DNA of 62,802 nucleotides, filler included, from Pirum gemmata (Eukaryota): NCBI GenBank assembly GCA_002812295.1. It is 13 parts of 13 records of this genome, joined end to end, with 100 filler letters (N's around TTAATTAATTAA, not from the genome) between each part and the next. Parts side by side here need not be neighbours in the genome. Positions count along the whole stretch, not along the records: positions 53,474 to 58,103 come from PDIN01000996.1; positions 58,204 to 62,802 come from PDIN01000997.1; 11 more parts are not named here. One strand, 5' to 3'. Shown piece by piece: positions 56,601 to 62,802 of this stretch (position 1 is its first letter; each line of letters starts with the position of its first letter). The notes under the pieces were generated by a model. It saw only the letters and a program-made list of their open reading frames with translations, ran no database searches and was not told where the DNA came from. The position numbers and the translations under genes were made by a program.

Positions 56601-58066
56601 TAGAGAATTCTATCTATGGTAGTCTTGCTATCGCTAGTCTCGATAGTGATAGACTTCTAGCTAGAGAAAGGGCTAGAGAATTGTATCGATGCTAGCTAGC
56701 TAGCTAGTAGAGAGAGGCTAGAGAGAAAGGGTAGTCTAGCTATGATAGCTAGCTAGCTAGTAGTTAGGTGTAGTCGTGTAGACCGGGTTTAGCTACTAGC
56801 TAGCTAGCTACTAGTTAGGGTCTAGCTATCATACTAGTCTTGGTAGAAAAGCTAAGAAAACCACTAACTGCTAGAAAAGCGATCTTATCGATAACTCATG
56901 ATCATATATGTTTTGATATGCCGTTTATATTATCAATTTATCATAGACTATATATGATATGTTTATATATAGATTTCTGGTCTGTAATGATTTATTAATT
57001 AAAAATATAAAAATAGAAAAAAAAAACAATTTCGTTTATAATTTATAAATTTATTATTTGTTTATTATTTTTTTTATTTTTTTTTTAATTAAAAATGCAT
57101 GCATAATATTTTTTTATTATCATTATTATTATATCATAAGCTAAAAAAATTAAAAACTGTATTCATTAGTAACTTTAAAATACCACTACAATACTAGCAC
57201 TACAATATATTAATATAATACCATCGACTAAGTATATCGATAGTAGAACTATATAATATTATCTATGATATATCAGTAGTATCAGATATCAGATAATATT
57301 TTTGACAAAAGGCATGTAGTATCTCGATAGTAATAATTTTTTAAAAAAACTAACCTCAACTAACCTTGACACCGGTCTGGTGTAGGTTCCACCTTTTCCT
57401 TATTTACAAATTACAAGCCGTGTAGGTTCCACCTTTTCCTTATTTACAAATTACAAGCCGCACTGCTATTAAAAGTTTTATTTATAAATAAATATATAAA
57501 AATCACGGCCTGAAAATATGGAAAATATCATGGCCTGAAAATCAGGCCTGACATATTATAACTACTAGTAGTTCTTAAGTGGTTCTTGAATCTCGACCTC
57601 TCGACTATCATAGCTATTAGTGAACATAAATAATTTAGCTATCAATATGATATTTACTTATATTATAGAGTATTGATAGTAACATAGTTGGGATAGGATG
57701 TATTAATTATATGATAAAAAAGTGATATTGATAAAAGTATATCTATCATATTATAAATTTTTTTTAATATCAACTAGAAATACCAAGCTCGGATACCAAG
57801 CTAGACTCTACTAGCCGGCTAGCTAGAGCATTTCAGTAACAAATGACAAATAATAACAGTTATCCTAACAAATTATTTTGAAAAACTAGTCATTGGTTCA
57901 TAATAGAGTTTTCTTAGTTAGACGATTTTAAAAAAAATTGGTAGTACTTTCATTAAATTGGATTATTTTGAGATTTTTTGGATTTTTTTGAGCCATATGT
58001 CACCGAAGACATTTTTATACAGCTTGCTAGCTAGCTAGTTTTTTTTTTTACAAAAAAAAAAAACAT

Positions 58067-58099
<33 letters not shown>

Positions 58100-58479
58100 T
58101 TTTNNNNNNNNNNNNNNNNNNNNNNNNNNNNNNNNNNNNNNNNNNNNTTAATTAATTAANNNNNNNNNNNNNNNNNNNNNNNNNNNNNNNNNNNNNNNNN
58201 NNNTAACCCTAATCCTAACCCTAACCCTAACCCTAACCCTGACCCTGACCCTGACTCTAACCCTAACCCTAAACCTAACCCTAACCCTAACTTTAACCCT
58301 AACTATAACTATAAGTATATCCTTAAACCTAACCTTAACCCTAACTTAAACCCTAACCTTAACCCTAACACTGACCCTGACCTTGACCCTAACTCCAATG
58401 TGGTTGTCTACATTACAAAAAAAATCATTTTCCATATAATATTTCTAATCAGCTAATGCTTTTCATTATCACATATCAT

Positions 58480-59960
58480 ACTATACATATTATTATTGTT
58501 TTGATTATCAATATTAGTAATATTTTGATAACCCATTTTATTACTTTGTATTTCAATTGATTTATTTCCTTACTGTTTAATAATTATCGTTATTGTTATT
58601 ATTAAAACAATGTTATTACTGTTTTTGATATAACCCCGCTGTATTATTTTGCTTAGAACTAGAAGTGAAACATATTCTTACTGTTGGTTATTGTTATTTT
58701 TATTAACAATATTATTACTGTTTTGAAAATCCATTTTATTATTTTGTATTTCAATTGATTTATATCCTTATTGTTTAATAATTGTCGTTATTGTTATTAT
58801 TAAAACAATATTATTAACTGTTCTTAATATAACCTCGCTTTATTTTTTTGCTTATAATTAGATCTAGAAGTAATACATATTTTTATCGTTATTGTTAATT
58901 ATCAATATCATTACTGTTTTGATAACCATTGTATTTCAATTGATTTATATCCTTACTGTTTAATAATTATCGTTATTTTTATTATTAAACCAATATTACT
59001 GTTTTGATATAACCTCGCTATATTATTTGGTTTAGAGCTAGAAGTGATCGATGATTGTTCAAACAATATTATTACTGTTTTTGATATAACCTCGCTGTAT
59101 TATTATGCTTGGATCTAGAAGTGATATACATATTCTTTCTGTTCGTTATTGCTATTTTTACTATCAATTTTATTACTATTTTATTATTTTGTATTTCAAT
59201 TGATTTATATCGTTAACGTTAACGTTATCGTTATTATTATAACAGTATTATTACTCTTTTTGATATAACTTCGCTGCATTATTTTGCTTACAGGTGATAC
59301 ATATTCTTACTTTTCGTTAATGTTATTGCTATTTTTATTATCAATTTTATTACTGTTTTGATAATCCATTTTATTTTTTTGTATTTAAATTGCTTTATAT
59401 TGTTACTGGTTAATATATATAAATATATAATTATCGTTATTGTTATTATTGTAACATTATTTTTGTTTTGACAATCGTATGCTTTTGGGTACAAGTAAGT
59501 GATACGTATATATTCTAATTAGTTACTGTTTAATTAAGAGTGTTTAATAATTGTTATGTTTTGATAGGTTGTAATATTTTGATTTTAATTTATATTCTTA
59601 CTATTAATAATCATCGTTATCGCTATTGTTATAACAATACCATTACTATTTTGATTTTTATTATATGATAACCTTATCGATCAATATCTGCTTTTGGGTA
59701 CAAGTAAGTGATACTAAGTGATACGTACATATTTTTATTAATTACTGTTTAATAAATATTGTTATGGTTATTGTTGTTAATAACAATATTATTGCTATTT
59801 TGATAACACATTTCATTATTTTGTTTTCATTTATATTCTTACTATTTAATAATCATCGTTATCGGTATTGTTATAACAATATTATTACTATTTTGATAAC
59901 CTCACTTTTTATTGTTTCGTTTTCAATTGTTAAATATTCTTACTGCTTTTAATAAATATT
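58480..59960. repeat. Degenerate AT-rich tandem repeat (unit roughly 180 bp)
   Basis: Recurrent blocks gtatttcaattgatttat, tttgatataacctcgct and ctagaagtga. Confidence 0.75.
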
Positions 59961-60158
59961 ATTAGTGTTTTGCTTACCTAACTTTATTATATAAACTTTC
60001 CAAAACATACAATGTTTTTGTGAGTTTAAAATAATAGCTGAAAACATTATTACGTATAACATTATTACGTATACTATAATTTAAGAAATTGTTTTCTTTA
60101 TCTTACGGTGTTACTGATATTGTTCCGATGCTGTTATATATGCTGATTCATCACATTC

Positions 60159-60605
60159 TTATATTCGTATTTTACTTAACTTTTTGTTTATTACATTAAG
60201 AAATGTATTCCTACTCTCGTGTTTCTTATTTTTTACAATTTCAATATCATTACTATCACTATCAATGGAGTTGTAGTTCATGACGATATTACCAGTCCTA
60301 TTGCTGTTTTTCTCTTTATATTTTTCATTACTACTATCCTTATTAATATTGTAGTTGTGAATTATGTTATTAGTATTATTTTTTTCTTCGTTGTTTTTGT
60401 TGCTAAAATTATCATTACTGTCAGTCGAAACTTTATTGGTAAAGGAATCTGAGGAAGATGATGCTATTGTAATGAAATTGCTGAAATCAGAGCAAGACTC
60501 AAAAATTTCACCATTCCATACTAGAAGATTAATGTTGGGGTTACTGTTGTTATTTATTGTTTTTTGTTTGTTATCTGTTGTTATGCTTTTCATAATTATT
60601 ATTAT

Positions 60606-60699
<94 letters not shown>

Positions 60700-60821
60700 N
60701 TGTTGTTGTTGTTGGGCAAGTTCTTTTTGCTGTTGGTTTTGAATTAACCATTTTTTTAGCTCAACACGAGCTGTTGATTCTTCTTGCTGTAAAGGGGATG
60801 TTGGGTGTGGTAAAGGTGGAG

Positions 60822-60880
<59 letters not shown>

Positions 60881-60958
60881 ATTATAGTAGCAATAGAATT
60901 TCTTTTTCCTTTTTTGTTTTCTCCTTTGTCTAGTAATAAAAGTGAATATTTGCGAAGG
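60159..60958 (-). CDS. Low-complexity (poly-T/Q/N) coding-like stretch, unknown
   Basis: The frame reads PSQIFTFITRQRRKQKGKRNS...TPPLPHPTSPLQQEESTARVELKKWLIQNQQQ and, across an ambiguous base in the poly-Q tract, continues into ORF 60159-60719. Confidence 0.35.
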
Positions 60959-61093
60959 TTATTGTTTCGTTGTTAATTAGTGTTTTGTTATCTTTTTTAT
61001 TATATTATTACAATCATGATAAAGAAATTAAATAATGGATTTAACAACAATATATTATTTATTTATTATCTAGTAAATATTGTTATATATTTA

Positions 61094-61131
<38 letters not shown>

Positions 61132-61286
61132 GAAATAAATTACCATTTATTAAATAAGGATGAATACAGCATTTTCTCAACTCCATAGCAATATTATTCA
61201 AGTTTGAGAAATTTTTAGATGTAGATAAATGTTTGAAATTTTGCTCGTGAATAGATCTATAAAATTGTTTTTGAATCACAGTCAGT

Positions 61287-62738
<1,452 letters not shown>

Positions 62739-62802
62739 TATTATTGTTGTTGTTGCTGTTGTTGCTGTTGTTGATGTTGTTGTTGTTGTTGTTGTTGTTG
62801 TT

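Overview
This is very AT-rich eukaryotic genomic DNA. It is not one locus: 13 short contigs, mostly about 4.6 kb, are joined by artificial N-TTAATTAATTAA-N spacers, so gene neighbourhoods across spacers mean nothing. Host-type content includes a multi-FAS1 (fasciclin) secreted protein, an intron-rich TPR-like gene, a large [10 protein letters not shown] coiled-coil exon, a secreted mucin-like VWD protein, the last exons of a SPCA/PMR1 Ca2+/Mn2+ ATPase and of a mitochondrial ATPase inhibitor (IF1-like), a two-exon division-1 chitin synthase and a CHD6-9/kismet-type helicase exon. There are also many microsatellites, interstitial and intronic TTAGGG arrays and several MITE families with TIRs and TSDs. 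The gene set plus TTAGGG suggests an opisthokont protist such as an ichthyosporean; this is inference only. Four things stand out. (i) A gene-dense, intronless, frameshift-riddled block (about 18.85-21.4 kb) has a tail-fibre/peptidase-S74 gene and an NCLDV-like gene and looks like a decaying endogenous giant-virus fragment. (ii) A secreted, possibly toxin-like protein (6565-7925) has a duplicated Cys/Trp domain flanking pentapeptide repeats and a long hydrophobic Gly/Ala segment. (iii) An intronic array carries six extra copies of the CHD exon's branch point, 3' splice site and exon start, separated by microsatellite spacers. (iv) Two intronless secreted proteins have domains that recall bacterial or algal proteins.
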